52,118 nt of DNA from a bacterium (GTDB lineage: Bacteria > Patescibacteriota > Minisyncoccia > Minisyncoccales > CG1-02-41-26). Both the position numbers and the translations under genes were made by a program. The number at the start of each line of letters is the position of its first letter. Within the stretch, counting starts at the first letter, position 1. The notes beneath the pieces were generated by a model. The model did not search any database. It saw only the letters and a list, made by a program, of their open reading frames with translations, and was not told the DNA's origin. Shown here piece after piece: positions 18,862 to 29,021 of the stretch. The DNA is taken from the NCBI GenBank assembly GCA_030619905.1, contig JAUXAO010000003.1, forward strand, positions 1 through 52,118, written 5' to 3'.

Positions 18862-19548
18862 TCATCTTTTAGAATAAATTTTTCTAAAAGGCAAGCTCAA
18901 TTTCTTTAAAATATCATCAGAGTTTTCCACTAATTTAACTCCTTGTTTAATTAAAAAATGACAACCTTTAGAATTCGGAGAATTAATTGAACCCGGCACA
19001 GCAAAGATTTTTCTTCTGTATTTTTCAGCCCATTTAGCTGTAATTAAAGCGCCAGACCCGAAGTTAGCTTCAACTATTAAAACTCCTAGGGATAATCCAG
19101 CAATTATCCGATTCCTTTGAGGAAAACTGGACCGAGTACCTTTGGTACCTGGAGGATATTCAGAAATTAAACACCCTTTATTCTCTAGAATTTTTTTCGC
19201 TATTGCTATATTTTCTCTAGGGTAAATACTTTTTTCATCAATTCCTGTTCCTAAGACAGCAATTGTTCTTCTTTTTTCTTCGAGTACTCCTTTATGAGCA
19301 AATGTATCGATCCCTATTGCCATTCCGCTGACAATTATAAATCCTGCTTTGGATAAATCTTTGGCAATTGAAAGGGCAATCTTTTTTCCGTAGTCAGAAC
19401 AGTGTCTGGTTCCGACAACAGCAAAGTATTTCTCATTTTTTAAAAATTCTCCTTTAATATAAAGAATTTTTGGAGGATTGGGAATCTTCTTTAATAAAAG
19501 AGGATATTCTTTATCCTCTAATTTTATGGTTTTTATTTTTTCCTCCAT
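18862..19548 (-). CDS. dprA: DNA-processing protein DprA (Rossmann core only)
   Basis: AVVGTR, IVSGMAIGIDTFAH, AVLGTG, FPQRNRIIAGL, SGALITA. Confidence 0.93.
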   Translation of the reverse strand: MEEKIKTIKLEDKEYPLLLKKIPNPPKILYIKGEFLKNEKYFAVVGTRHCSDYGKKIALSIAKDLSKAGFIIVSGMAIGIDTFAHKGVLEEKRRTIAVLGTGIDEKSIYPRENIAIAKKILENKGCLISEYPPGTKGTRSSFPQRNRIIAGLSLGVLIVEANFGSGALITAKWAEKYRRKIFAVPGSINSPNSKGCHFLIKQGVKLVENSDDILKKLSLPFRKIYSKR

Positions 19549-19590
19549 TAACTAAGTTTAATCTTTTCTCCAATTTTTTCAAACTAGGGG

Positions 19591-19618
19591 TTGACTTTTT
19601 TAAAAGAAATGGTAAAAT
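19591..19618 (+). promoter_or_regulatory. sigma70-type promoter
   Basis: TTGACT, 16 bp, TAAAAT with TGn extension. Confidence 0.55.
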
Positions 19619-19700
19619 CAAGATAGTAAGATTTCTAGAGTATTATTAGAAATTTGTTAAAAATATTAAATATAGAAAAAATAAAAAAAAGGAGAAAAAA

Positions 19701-20069
19701 ATGTTTACTGTAAAACAGAAAAGAATTTTCAGTAAGTTAGAGAACAGAAAGGTTAGGGTTTATAATCTTAAAGGAGGTTTAAAAGTAGCCCTTAAAAAGC
19801 CATACTCTCTAAAGAGAGACGAGAAAAAGAGGATTATACGACTTTTTTGTGGCGAAGAAGAGATATTTTTCTTTGATGAAGGGGTATCTCCAGGAGCTAT
19901 TAAAAGACATGTCTTAAGACATAAGCTTGATCAGAATAAAAAAAAGAAAGGAAGATTCCTAAAAGCTATTGAAGAGAGAAATGCCTTATTAAAGAAAGCA
20001 GCTCTTGAAAATAAGGAAAATAAAATAATATTTTTTGATAGAAGGTCTAAGCGTGGTGGAAGATGGTAG
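19701..20069 (+). CDS. Basic hypothetical protein (122 aa)
   Basis: Own promoter, AAGGAG ribosome-binding site and downstream hairpin; no recognised motif. Confidence 0.65.
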   Translation: MFTVKQKRIFSKLENRKVRVYNLKGGLKVALKKPYSLKRDEKKRIIRLFCGEEEIFFFDEGVSPGAIKRHVLRHKLDQNKKKKGRFLKAIEERNALLKKAALENKENKIIFFDRRSKRGGRW

Positions 20070-20092
20070 TAATATAAAGCAATAATTAATAT

Positions 20093-20133
20093 ATAGCCGG
20101 GTGAGAATATTTTATATTCTCCTCTCCGGCTAT
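20093..20133. terminator. Bidirectional hairpin between convergent genes
   Basis: ATAGCCGG...GAGAATAT-ttt-ATATTCTC...CCGGCTAT. Confidence 0.65.
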
Positions 20134-20134
20134 T

Positions 20135-21145
20135 TTATTTGGAAATAAATAAATTCTGGGCCTCGTTCCATATTTGAGAATCATTTTGTTTTTCCTTCAT
20201 CCAATACCACCACTCAGTGCCCCAGAGATAGAAAGTGTCAATTCCTGTATTTTTGGCAAATTCTATATTCTTTTTGAATTGTTCTATATCCATTGTTTTT
20301 TTCTGCTCTTCTAAGGATGAGTCATATAACAATGTAGGGCTCCAAGGCTCGGCCTGAAGTTCAATACAGATTACTTTTTTATCAAACAACTTATTAATAA
20401 GCCAGGCCTTTCGACCATAAAAAACAGGTGGAAAAGGAAAACTAAAATATATTTTTAATTCTTGTACCCAAACTATTCTGTATAAAGTATGTCCTACAAT
20501 GTCTCCAAACTTGGCTGCACTAAACCATAAAGGAAATTCTCCGCTTTCGCTTATTATTATTGATCTCTGATTATCCAAGGATTTGACTAAATCAATTTCC
20601 CTTTTTAAAAACTTTTTATCCAGAGGAGGACATTCACCAAAGGGAAAAAAGGGTTCATTTTCTACCTGCCAGAACTCTATTGTTGAATTGTCTTTATATC
20701 TTAAAACTATCTGCTCTATTAAATTTAAAACTTTTTGCTGTTGAGTATTTTCAGCCAAATTCTCTGCCCAGTTTGGAACATGACATTCCGGCCAGCGAGG
20801 AACTCTTCTTCCTATAACCAGGAGCACTTTTGCATTTCTTTTTTCAGCTTCATTTATCTGCCAATCCAAATCCTCAAAATCATAAATTCCTTCTTCTTTT
20901 TCAATTAAATCCCAGTAAGCAGCAAGTTTTAAATGCCTGGCTTTTAGGTCATCAAGAATTGCCAAATAGTTTTCTTTCCAATCCAAGCCTAAAAGCTCTG
21001 AATGTTTTTGAGAAAAAACAATTCCCCAGTTTATTTTTTCTGCTGGTTTTGATTTGCCCACAAAAAAGAAACATCCTAAAAGTAGGATAAACAGTAAAAC
21101 GATCAATGAAATTTTCTTTAAAAATTTTCTCAGCCGTAAAGTCAT
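20135..21145 (-). CDS. Membrane-anchored clan GH-A glycoside hydrolase (GH5/GH42-like)
   Basis: N-terminal TM; WQVENEPF acid/base and ELQAEPW nucleophile-like motifs. Confidence 0.7.
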   Translation of the reverse strand: MTLRLRKFLKKISLIVLLFILLLGCFFFVGKSKPAEKINWGIVFSQKHSELLGLDWKENYLAILDDLKARHLKLAAYWDLIEKEEGIYDFEDLDWQINEAEKRNAKVLLVIGRRVPRWPECHVPNWAENLAENTQQQKVLNLIEQIVLRYKDNSTIEFWQVENEPFFPFGECPPLDKKFLKREIDLVKSLDNQRSIIISESGEFPLWFSAAKFGDIVGHTLYRIVWVQELKIYFSFPFPPVFYGRKAWLINKLFDKKVICIELQAEPWSPTLLYDSSLEEQKKTMDIEQFKKNIEFAKNTGIDTFYLWGTEWWYWMKEKQNDSQIWNEAQNLFISK

Positions 21146-21200
21146 GAAAATAAAATTATTGACGTTTAATTAAAATAATAAGTCCGAGAAAATTAGCCTA

Positions 21201-22352
21201 TTATATAATACCATTATTTTGGCAAATTCTTCCGTATACTTTTGCGCTAGAACGCGGTTTTCGCTGAAGATTATCGTAATCAACTTCTATTAGACCAAAA
21301 CGCGGTTTGAATCCTTCTGCCCATTCAAAATTATCAATTAAAGACCAATGGAAGTATCCTCGGACATCCACTCCTTCTTGCATGGCTTTGTGAACCCATT
21401 TTAAGTGGTCAATAATGAATTGAGAGCAGTATTTATCTTCAGCATCAGCTATGCCATTTTCCATAATATAAATTGGTTTTTTGTATCTTTGTAGTTCTTT
21501 CAAAGCATAATAAATTCCTTTAGGGTAAATTTCCCAGCCCAGATCGGACTTTATATTATCGCCATTTTTCATCCTGAATGGAAATTGGATTCTACTGTGG
21601 ACATAATAATTTAAACCAATAAAGTCCAGATAATTTTTTACCTTATTTAAAAAATATCTATTCCAAAAATAACTGCTTAAAGAGACAGAAAACTTATCTA
21701 AAAAAGATTTTTCTTTATATGGTTCAAAAAATATATTATGTGTAGCAATGCTAATTTTTGCGGTAGGGTCAACTTGCTGAATAATTTTATGAGCTACCCT
21801 ATGAGCTTTAATCATATTAGAGAGGACTCGGAGTGCTTTAAAAACATTCTTTTTTCCTGGCGGCCATTTACAATCTAAATAACCCTGCCCGATATAAACC
21901 AAAGGTTCGTTAATTGTCATCCAAAAATCAACGTATGGGCCTAAGTTTCTAACAATAAACTCTGCGTAGCGGGCAAAATAATCAATAACTTTTTTGTTTT
22001 CCCATCCTCCTTCATCAATTAACCATAGGGGATTGGTAAAATGGTGCAGGGTGACAAAGGGTTTAAGATTGCGTTTATTCAAAGCTAAAAGAACCTTTTT
22101 ATAATGCTCAATCTCTTTTAAATCCCATTTCCCTTTCTCCGGCTCAATTCGAGACCATTCAATTGAAAAGCGGTGGGCGTTATTATGTAGAATATTTTTA
22201 GCCAAGTCAAAGTCTTCTTCGTATCTGTGATAATGGTCGCAAGCCAGACCAGCGTCTTTCCATTTTGTCCAGTCACAATTTTTAATTCCACCTTCAACTT
22301 GATAAGCAGAGGTAGCAGTACCCCAGAGAAAGTTTTTAGGGAATTTTTTCAT
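21201..22352 (-). CDS. GH1 beta-glucosidase
   Basis: FLWGTATSAYQVEG, TINEP, YIMENG, DNFEWAEG. Confidence 0.93.
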   Translation of the reverse strand: MKKFPKNFLWGTATSAYQVEGGIKNCDWTKWKDAGLACDHYHRYEEDFDLAKNILHNNAHRFSIEWSRIEPEKGKWDLKEIEHYKKVLLALNKRNLKPFVTLHHFTNPLWLIDEGGWENKKVIDYFARYAEFIVRNLGPYVDFWMTINEPLVYIGQGYLDCKWPPGKKNVFKALRVLSNMIKAHRVAHKIIQQVDPTAKISIATHNIFFEPYKEKSFLDKFSVSLSSYFWNRYFLNKVKNYLDFIGLNYYVHSRIQFPFRMKNGDNIKSDLGWEIYPKGIYYALKELQRYKKPIYIMENGIADAEDKYCSQFIIDHLKWVHKAMQEGVDVRGYFHWSLIDNFEWAEGFKPRFGLIEVDYDNLQRKPRSSAKVYGRICQNNGII

Positions 22353-23257
22353 AAAGTTAACAAAACCAACCCTGCTCCAATTAATAAGATAGCAGTGATT
22401 TTTTGAAAAATTATTTCTTTAGAAATTTCTTCTTTTAATATCTTAGGAAATTTAACAGAAAACAAAACAGCAAAGGCAAGTAAAAAGACATATTGAACTC
22501 CAATTAATGAATTAATGATAGGTATATAAGCCAGAGGAGCTAAGAAAATTGCCCAATTTTGTAAGATATTTGCTCCAGCTCCAGCTGCCTGATTTGAAAG
22601 GAAAATGACAGTTGTCTTTTTTGAAAAATATTCTCTTTTTTGAAAAATTTCTTTTTTGACTTCTGGGATAAAAATAAAAAAACTAAGAGCCATTATAAAA
22701 CCACCAATTCTTAACCAGATAAAAGCATTCCAAAATGGCTGGCCTAGATAGACATATTTAGTTAAAACAAATGCCAATGAAAGTAAAAAAGCAGTTAGAA
22801 CAGAAAATTGCAGACTTTTAAGAGTAATTAATTTTTTTCTTTGCATGGTAATTAAAACACTACCAGAAATTAAGAGGACAAAAGCTATAATTTCTGAGAG
22901 AGATAGAATTTCTTTACCAAAAGAAAAAATGTAGATTAATCCAAAACTGAACAGAGGGGTTATTCCGCCGATTGCCGGTACTATTCTTGAGGTTTCAAAA
23001 AGATGTAAACTTTTAAAAAACCAAAAAAGAGCATAAATATAAATAGCTCCAGTTAGAAGACTCAAGATGATTTGGGGTATTTCTGGAATATAAAAACCAA
23101 CAAAAGGAGCGATAAGTAGAACTAAAATTCCTAAAGTCCCAACATAAAAAGTATAAACCTTAGGGTTGGGGATAGAACTTGTTAGAAGGTATTTATCTAT
23201 TAAAAAAACAATAGCTAGAATTAGATAAGATGAAATAGCGATTAAAAGCCAATTCAT
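22349..23257 (-). CDS. EamA/DMT superfamily membrane protein
   Basis: About 10 hydrophobic segments in two repeats. Confidence 0.7.
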   Translation of the reverse strand: MNWLLIAISSYLILAIVFLIDKYLLTSSIPNPKVYTFYVGTLGILVLLIAPFVGFYIPEIPQIILSLLTGAIYIYALFWFFKSLHLFETSRIVPAIGGITPLFSFGLIYIFSFGKEILSLSEIIAFVLLISGSVLITMQRKKLITLKSLQFSVLTAFLLSLAFVLTKYVYLGQPFWNAFIWLRIGGFIMALSFFIFIPEVKKEIFQKREYFSKKTTVIFLSNQAAGAGANILQNWAIFLAPLAYIPIINSLIGVQYVFLLAFAVLFSVKFPKILKEEISKEIIFQKITAILLIGAGLVLLTL

Positions 23258-24576
23258 ATTTTAGAGATTATTTTTTTAATATTTGATGTTCCTAATTTTT
23301 CTGCTTCGATAAAACCCTGCATTGCCGCCTCGGCAAACCAACCTGATTCTAAAAAGTCAAAAAGCCATTGGACGGTATAATCAGGGTTTTCTTGAGGGAT
23401 TGCTGAACCTAATCTGAGTAGCCATTGTTTATTAAAATCTTCCTGGGAACCGATTGTTGGAGCAATAATAATAGGCAGTCCTAAGGCAGTATAAAAGGAA
23501 AGTTCGCTTGGTTTGGTCCAGAGAATGTCAGTTTTTCTCAAAGCTTGATTGAATTTTTTAAAGTAATCTTCAATATTTTTTTCCCAGATTATTTCAATAT
23601 TCTCGTTTAAGTTTCTTTTAAGTCCCAAATATTCGATTTGTTCAAGAAAATAATTTTTAACTTCCTTTCTAATGCCAGCCACTAAAATTATTTTAATTTC
23701 TTTTGTTTTAATCTTTGGAGATAAACTTCTTAATGTTCTAATGCCAATTTCCTTTTGAGCACCTGCTCCTCCAACCGCAAAAGTTATTGTTAATGGATGG
23801 TTTGCTTTTCTTGGTAAGTTTCCCATGATTCCCTTAATCAGGGGTTTATATTGTTCTCGGTATCTTTTTTTAGGATCAAGATTTAATAAGCGATAAGATA
23901 AATCATGTTTTAAAATTTTAAATTCATTATCTGATGGACGAATATTAATATTTTCTTTAGGTAAAGGATAGCCAGTTAAGGAAATATTCTTTTTCTTTAC
24001 TCCGTAAAGTATTAATCTTTCTAGAACTCGGGAGTTGGGAACAAGATACTTTATTTTACTTTGAGAAGGATTTAAAGGAACCCATGATCTGGCAATATCG
24101 GCATCACAAATAACGCAGAAAATATCTCCAGGATAATTAAAAACCTCAGCCATAAAAGCAGGCACAAAAAATGTTGTTATTAAAGGCAAAGGTTTTTTAG
24201 ATAGATTTCTAATTAAGTGTTTTCCCCAGCCTTTGTTAATTAAAGAATATGTTTGTTTTAAATATAGATTAGGCTTGGATAAGTCTCTTTTTGGATAAAA
24301 AGTAAGAATTTCCTGAAATTTATCAAAAAGTGAGAAAGCAAATTTACCAATTAGCGGAGTCCTTCTAAAATTTGAGATGAATTCATAAAATTTTCTTGAG
24401 TTTTCCCAAATTTGCCGATCTTTTTTAGGAATTTCTTTGTAATCGTTGGCGCTAATAAGCTCGCCATATGGAGTGAGATCCTTTAAAGGGTAAGCTGTTC
24501 TTTGATGTCCATAGCCCATATTAACGTCAACCACCCATGCCTTTTGTTTAAGAGTTTTTAGTTTATCTTTAATCAT
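23254..24576 (-). CDS. GT-B fold glycosyltransferase-like protein (MGDG synthase/MurG-like)
   Basis: MGYGHQR at the N-terminus; KPSELSFY...IGSQEDFN in the C-terminal domain. Confidence 0.55.
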   Translation of the reverse strand: MIKDKLKTLKQKAWVVDVNMGYGHQRTAYPLKDLTPYGELISANDYKEIPKKDRQIWENSRKFYEFISNFRRTPLIGKFAFSLFDKFQEILTFYPKRDLSKPNLYLKQTYSLINKGWGKHLIRNLSKKPLPLITTFFVPAFMAEVFNYPGDIFCVICDADIARSWVPLNPSQSKIKYLVPNSRVLERLILYGVKKKNISLTGYPLPKENINIRPSDNEFKILKHDLSYRLLNLDPKKRYREQYKPLIKGIMGNLPRKANHPLTITFAVGGAGAQKEIGIRTLRSLSPKIKTKEIKIILVAGIRKEVKNYFLEQIEYLGLKRNLNENIEIIWEKNIEDYFKKFNQALRKTDILWTKPSELSFYTALGLPIIIAPTIGSQEDFNKQWLLRLGSAIPQENPDYTVQWLFDFLESGWFAEAAMQGFIEAEKLGTSNIKKIISKI

Positions 24577-25144
24577 TTTTATTAAATTCGTTCATTGCTT
24601 TTTCTAATCCTTTGGAAAGAATCATTTTTAAAGCAGAACAACTTTCTTTGATAATTTTTTCAACTATTTTTTCTTCTTTCTTGGTAAAGTTTTTTAGAAC
24701 AAACTTTTCACTGTTTTTGACTTTTGATTTCTGATTTCTGATTCCAATTCTTAATCTTGCAAAATTTTTGCTTCCTAATTCTTTGATTATTGATTCTACT
24801 CCTTTATGACCAGCTGATCCTCTATTCTTTGAGATGCGCATTTTATCTAATAGTAAATCAATATCATCGTGAACAATTATCAAGTTTATAAATGGTATTG
24901 AATAATAGGTGGTTAATTTTTTCACAGTTTGGCCTGAACTATTCATAAAGGTTTCAGATTTGGATAAAATAATTCTCTCTTTTCCTATATTCTTTTTGGA
25001 AGTTAAAGCGCTGAATTTTTTTGAAGATTTAAAATCAGGAAAATCATTTTCCTTTTGAAATTTATCTAGAACTCGAAAACCAATATTATGACGAGTTCTT
25101 TTATATTTAATTCCTGGATTGCCTAATCCAACGATCAAAATCAT
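24569..25144 (-). CDS. pth: Peptidyl-tRNA hydrolase
   Basis: LIVGLGNPG, TRHNIGF, FMNSSG, VHDDID, GHKG. Confidence 0.95.
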   Translation of the reverse strand: MILIVGLGNPGIKYKRTRHNIGFRVLDKFQKENDFPDFKSSKKFSALTSKKNIGKERIILSKSETFMNSSGQTVKKLTTYYSIPFINLIIVHDDIDLLLDKMRISKNRGSAGHKGVESIIKELGSKNFARLRIGIRNQKSKVKNSEKFVLKNFTKKEEKIVEKIIKESCSALKMILSKGLEKAMNEFNKND

Positions 25145-25185
25145 TTCTTTATTATAACCTTTCTTAGAGAAAAAAAAATGTTTTC

Positions 25186-25214
25186 TTGCGAAAACAGAAA
25201 AAATTTGCTACAAT
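25186..25214 (+). promoter_or_regulatory. sigma70-type promoter of the lepB-ftsZ run
   Basis: TTGCGA, 17 bp, TACAAT with TG extension. Confidence 0.55.
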
Positions 25215-25242
25215 AATAATGTTTTGAATATAATCAACTACC

Positions 25243-25785
25243 ATGAAAGGAGTATTTTTATTTATTTTTGAGGTCATTAAAATAGTTGTTTTGGCTTTGC
25301 TGATAGTAATTCCTATCCGCTATTTTATTTTTCAACCTTTTATTGTTAAGGGGAATTCAATGGAGCCGAATTTTCACCAAGGTGACTATCTAATTGTTGA
25401 TGAAATCAGTTATAGATTCAAAGAACCTCAGAGAGGAGACGTTATAGTTTTTAATTATCCTCAAGATACTTCCCAGAGATTTATCAAAAGAATTATTGGT
25501 TTACCTGGAGAGACCGTTACCATGGATGGAGGAAAAATCACAATTAGCAAGGGGATAGAGGAAAAGATTTTAGATGAGTCAACTTATCTACCGAAACAAA
25601 ATTCTTTTGACAATATTTCATTGTCTCTTAATGCAGACGAGTATTTTGTTTTAGGAGATAACAGATTTGCCTCTTTTGATTCAAGGAAGTGGGGATCTTT
25701 GTCAAGAGATTATATTGTCGGAAGAGTTATTCTGAGGACTTGGTTTCCAGCTGCTATGGCTTATATTTCCACTCCTAGTTATTAA
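25243..25785 (+). CDS. lepB: Signal peptidase I
   Basis: GNSMEPNF (Ser), FIKRIIGLPG (Lys), GDNRFASFDSR. Confidence 0.95.
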   Translation: MKGVFLFIFEVIKIVVLALLIVIPIRYFIFQPFIVKGNSMEPNFHQGDYLIVDEISYRFKEPQRGDVIVFNYPQDTSQRFIKRIIGLPGETVTMDGGKITISKGIEEKILDESTYLPKQNSFDNISLSLNADEYFVLGDNRFASFDSRKWGSLSRDYIVGRVILRTWFPAAMAYISTPSY

Positions 25786-25799
25786 AAACATTAATAATC

Positions 25800-27098
25800 A
25801 TGGCAAAGTTTCAATCACCAACTGGGATGCACGATCTTCTCGGGGAGGATTTAGAATATTTCCAGAAGATTGAAAAAGCCTGCAAAGACATTGCTGGTTT
25901 TTATGGATTTCAAAGGATTGAAACCCCTATATTAGAAGAGACAGGACTATTTGAAAAAGGAACTGGTTTTACTACAGATATTGTTCAAAAGCAAATGTTC
26001 AGTCTGAGAACTAGGGGAGGAGATTTTTTGACTTTGCGGCCGGAAGGAACACCAGGTATTGTTAGGTCTTATATTCAACATGGAATGCAAAATTTGCCCA
26101 AACCAGTCAAGATCTGGTATTTTGGACCATTTTTCCGTTATGAGCGGCCTCAGGCTGGACGGTTTCGTCAATTCTACCAATTTGGTTTCGAATCTTTAGG
26201 AGCAGAAGATCCAGTGGTTGATGCCCAGATTATTCAAATTTTTTATAATATATTAGAAGAACTTGGTTTTAAAGATTTAACAATTGAGATAAATAGTATT
26301 GGTGACTCCGAGTGCAGACCTGAATATAAAAGAGTTCTGACAAAGTATTTAAAATCTAATCAATCATCTTTATGTCCTGACTGCCGACGACGATTAAAAG
26401 AAAACCCTTTGCGGATATTAGATTGCAAACGGGAAAAATGTCAGATAATTGCTGGGGCAGCACCACAAATGATTGACCGTCTTTGTAAAGGATGCCATAA
26501 TCATTTCAAGAGTGTTTTAGAATTTTTAGAGGAGCTCGAACTACCATACCAGTTAAATCCGTATTTAGTAAGAGGCCTTGATTATTATACAAGAACAGTT
26601 TTTGAAATCTTTTCTGGTTCTTTAGAAGACGACAAAGAGTCATCCCAAGAAATAAAGAAAACAGCTTTAGTAGGCGGGGGAAGATATGATGATCTAGTAA
26701 GACTTTTGAAAGGTAAAGATACGCCGGCCTGTGGAGCAGCAGCTGGCATAGAAAGAATAGTTCATTTAATGAAATTAAAAGGAAGAAAAATTCAGAGCTC
26801 CAAACTACCTCAGATTTTTTTGGCTCAGGTAGGTGAATTACCAAAAAGAAAAAGCTTGAAGATTTTTGAGGAATTTAAAAAAAATAAGATAAAACTTGCC
26901 GAGACATTTCATAAAGATTCTTTAACTTACCAATTAAGAATAGCTGATAGGTTAGCTGTTAAATTTGTTTTAATTTTAGGGCAAAAAGAAGCTCTTGAAG
27001 AAAAAATAATTATTCGAGAAATGAAAAGCGGGAAGCAGAAAATTATTCCTATAAAAAACGTGATTAGAGAAATGAAACGACGGCTTAAAAAAGATTAA
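25800..27098 (+). CDS. hisS: Histidine--tRNA ligase
   Basis: LRPEGT, FRYERPQAGRFRQF, VRGLDYY, GGGRYD. Confidence 0.97.
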   Translation: MAKFQSPTGMHDLLGEDLEYFQKIEKACKDIAGFYGFQRIETPILEETGLFEKGTGFTTDIVQKQMFSLRTRGGDFLTLRPEGTPGIVRSYIQHGMQNLPKPVKIWYFGPFFRYERPQAGRFRQFYQFGFESLGAEDPVVDAQIIQIFYNILEELGFKDLTIEINSIGDSECRPEYKRVLTKYLKSNQSSLCPDCRRRLKENPLRILDCKREKCQIIAGAAPQMIDRLCKGCHNHFKSVLEFLEELELPYQLNPYLVRGLDYYTRTVFEIFSGSLEDDKESSQEIKKTALVGGGRYDDLVRLLKGKDTPACGAAAGIERIVHLMKLKGRKIQSSKLPQIFLAQVGELPKRKSLKIFEEFKKNKIKLAETFHKDSLTYQLRIADRLAVKFVLILGQKEALEEKIIIREMKSGKQKIIPIKNVIREMKRRLKKD

Positions 27099-27099
27099 T

Positions 27100-27315
27100 A
27101 TGCCATTAAAAGTTAAAAAACAGAATAGAGAATCAACTCAAAGCTTAGTTCGTCGTTTTTCTCAAAAAATGCGAAAAAGCGGAATTTTACTTGAAGCCAG
27201 AAAAAAGCAATTTAAGAGAAGAAAGAAAAGTCCTCAATTAAAAAAAAGAACTGCTTTAAGACGAGAAAAATTGCGGGAGAGGTATGAAAAACTCAAAAAA
27301 TTAGGTAAACTATGA
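27100..27315 (+). CDS. rpsU: 30S ribosomal protein bS21
   Basis: ESTQSLVRRFSQKMRKSGIL; basic 71-aa protein. Confidence 0.8.
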   Translation: MPLKVKKQNRESTQSLVRRFSQKMRKSGILLEARKKQFKRRKKSPQLKKRTALRREKLRERYEKLKKLGKL

Positions 27316-27773
27316 TTAAGGTTCATAATCTGACAGATAGTCAGATTAATGAAGATTTTTTTAGAAAGATAGCAAGAAATATTTTAAAGAAAGAGAAAAA
27401 TGAACGAAAAATGGGATTGTCAATTATTTTAGTTAGGCCTTGGCGAATTAAAGAATTAAACAAAAGATACAGGAAAGAGAATAGAATTACCGATGTTCTA
27501 TCTTTTGGTCAAGGATTAAATTCCAAAAGATTGAAATTCCCAAGTTTACCAAATGAATATTTTGAGTTAGGAGATGTTGTTATATGTCTGAGTCAAGTAA
27601 AGAAGAATGCTCGAAAATTTGGCTTAAGTTTTAAAAAAGAATTAGTTTTAGTTTTAATCCACGGAATCTTACATCTTTTAGGATATGATCATGAAAAATC
27701 AAACAAAGAAGCAAGGAAAATGAGAGAAAGAGAAAAACAGTATCTTAAACAATCTTTAAATTTTAAGTTCTAG
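27312..27773 (+). CDS. ybeY: rRNA maturation endoribonuclease YbeY
   Basis: TDVLSF, LGDVVIC, HGILHLLGYDH. Confidence 0.95.
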   Translation: MIKVHNLTDSQINEDFFRKIARNILKKEKNERKMGLSIILVRPWRIKELNKRYRKENRITDVLSFGQGLNSKRLKFPSLPNEYFELGDVVICLSQVKKNARKFGLSFKKELVLVLIHGILHLLGYDHEKSNKEARKMREREKQYLKQSLNFKF

Positions 27774-27781
27774 TATTTTTT

Positions 27782-29011
27782 ATGAAATCTACTATTTTAA
27801 CTGCTCTAGATATTGGTACAAATTCGATTAAAGCTTTAATCGGAAGAAGTAATCCTAAAAAAGAGAATTTTGAGATTTTAGCCATGGCTCAAGTTTCTTC
27901 TTCTGGAGTTAAAAAAGGGGAAGTAATAAAAGTCAAAAAGGTTATCCCGGTTATTCAATCATCAATTGCAGAAATTCAAAAAAAGTCAGGTTTAAGAGTT
28001 AAAAAAACTATTTTTAATATTAACGGGAATCATCTATCTGCTGTGTCTTCCCAGGGATTAGTTTCTGTTTCTCGAGCTGACCAGAAAATTTCTGAAGAGG
28101 ATATTGATAGAGTTCTTCACCAAGCTGAAGCCATGAATTTACCATCGAATAAAGAAATTTTGGATATTTTTCCAAAAGAGTTTATTGTTGATGGTGAAGA
28201 AGGGATAAAAGAACCGCTGGGCTTACATGGATTGCGGCTTGAGGTAAGAGCTCTTTTGATTCATGTTTTTTCTCCTGTTTTAGAAAATTTAATTCAAGCT
28301 ATTGATTCAATTGGACTTCAATTTGATAGTAATAATATAGTTCCTTCACCCTTGGCTTCGGCTAAGGCTTGTTTAAATTTTGAGCAAAAAGAACTAGGGG
28401 TAGCTTTGGTTGATATAGGAGCGGAAACCACAGGATTGGCTGTTTTTGAAGAAGGTGATTTAATCCACTGCCATATTATTCCATTAGGTTCCGCTAATAT
28501 TACAAATGATATTGCTATAGGTCTTCGAACCGAAATTGAAACAGCCGAACGTATAAAAAGGGAATTTGGTTCCCTTTCTTTTTCAAAAAGGAAGGAAGGA
28601 AGGCATAAAAAAGCAAAGGAAAAAATAGAAATTCCTGAAAAATCTTTGGTTTGCTCTAGAAAAATATTGGAGAATATTATTGAATCCAGGGTCTCAGAAA
28701 TATTCAGTCAAATCCAAAAAGAGTTGAAAAAAATATCAAAACAGGAGCTTTTACCGGCAGGAATAGTTTTAACTGGAGGTGGTTCTTTACTGCCAGGAAT
28801 TGAAGAATATGCTAAGAGAGTATTAAAACTTCCCTGCCGTCTTGCTGCTCCAAAAAATATTCCAGGACTGCCTGAAGATCCATCTTTTTCCACAGCAGCT
28901 GGTCTTTTAATGGAAGGTTGGGATATGGAAAAAGAGGGAATAAAGTTAAGGTCTGCTTCTGGGGGTTTTGGAGAAATGATTCGAAGATTTTTTAAAATTT
29001 TTTTACCATAA
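27782..29011 (+). CDS. ftsA: Cell division protein FtsA
   Basis: ALDIGT, VDIGAETT, AERIK, VLTGGGS. Confidence 0.93.
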   Translation: MKSTILTALDIGTNSIKALIGRSNPKKENFEILAMAQVSSSGVKKGEVIKVKKVIPVIQSSIAEIQKKSGLRVKKTIFNINGNHLSAVSSQGLVSVSRADQKISEEDIDRVLHQAEAMNLPSNKEILDIFPKEFIVDGEEGIKEPLGLHGLRLEVRALLIHVFSPVLENLIQAIDSIGLQFDSNNIVPSPLASAKACLNFEQKELGVALVDIGAETTGLAVFEEGDLIHCHIIPLGSANITNDIAIGLRTEIETAERIKREFGSLSFSKRKEGRHKKAKEKIEIPEKSLVCSRKILENIIESRVSEIFSQIQKELKKISKQELLPAGIVLTGGGSLLPGIEEYAKRVLKLPCRLAAPKNIPGLPEDPSFSTAAGLLMEGWDMEKEGIKLRSASGGFGEMIRRFFKIFLP

Positions 29012-29021
29012 GTCTTAAGAT

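Noticed and set aside
18721-18864. TGA readthrough/recoding (code 25) to extend dprA
   Set aside because: A TAA also interrupts the remnant, and TGA is a real stop in many other genes (e.g. metG, topA, NYN).
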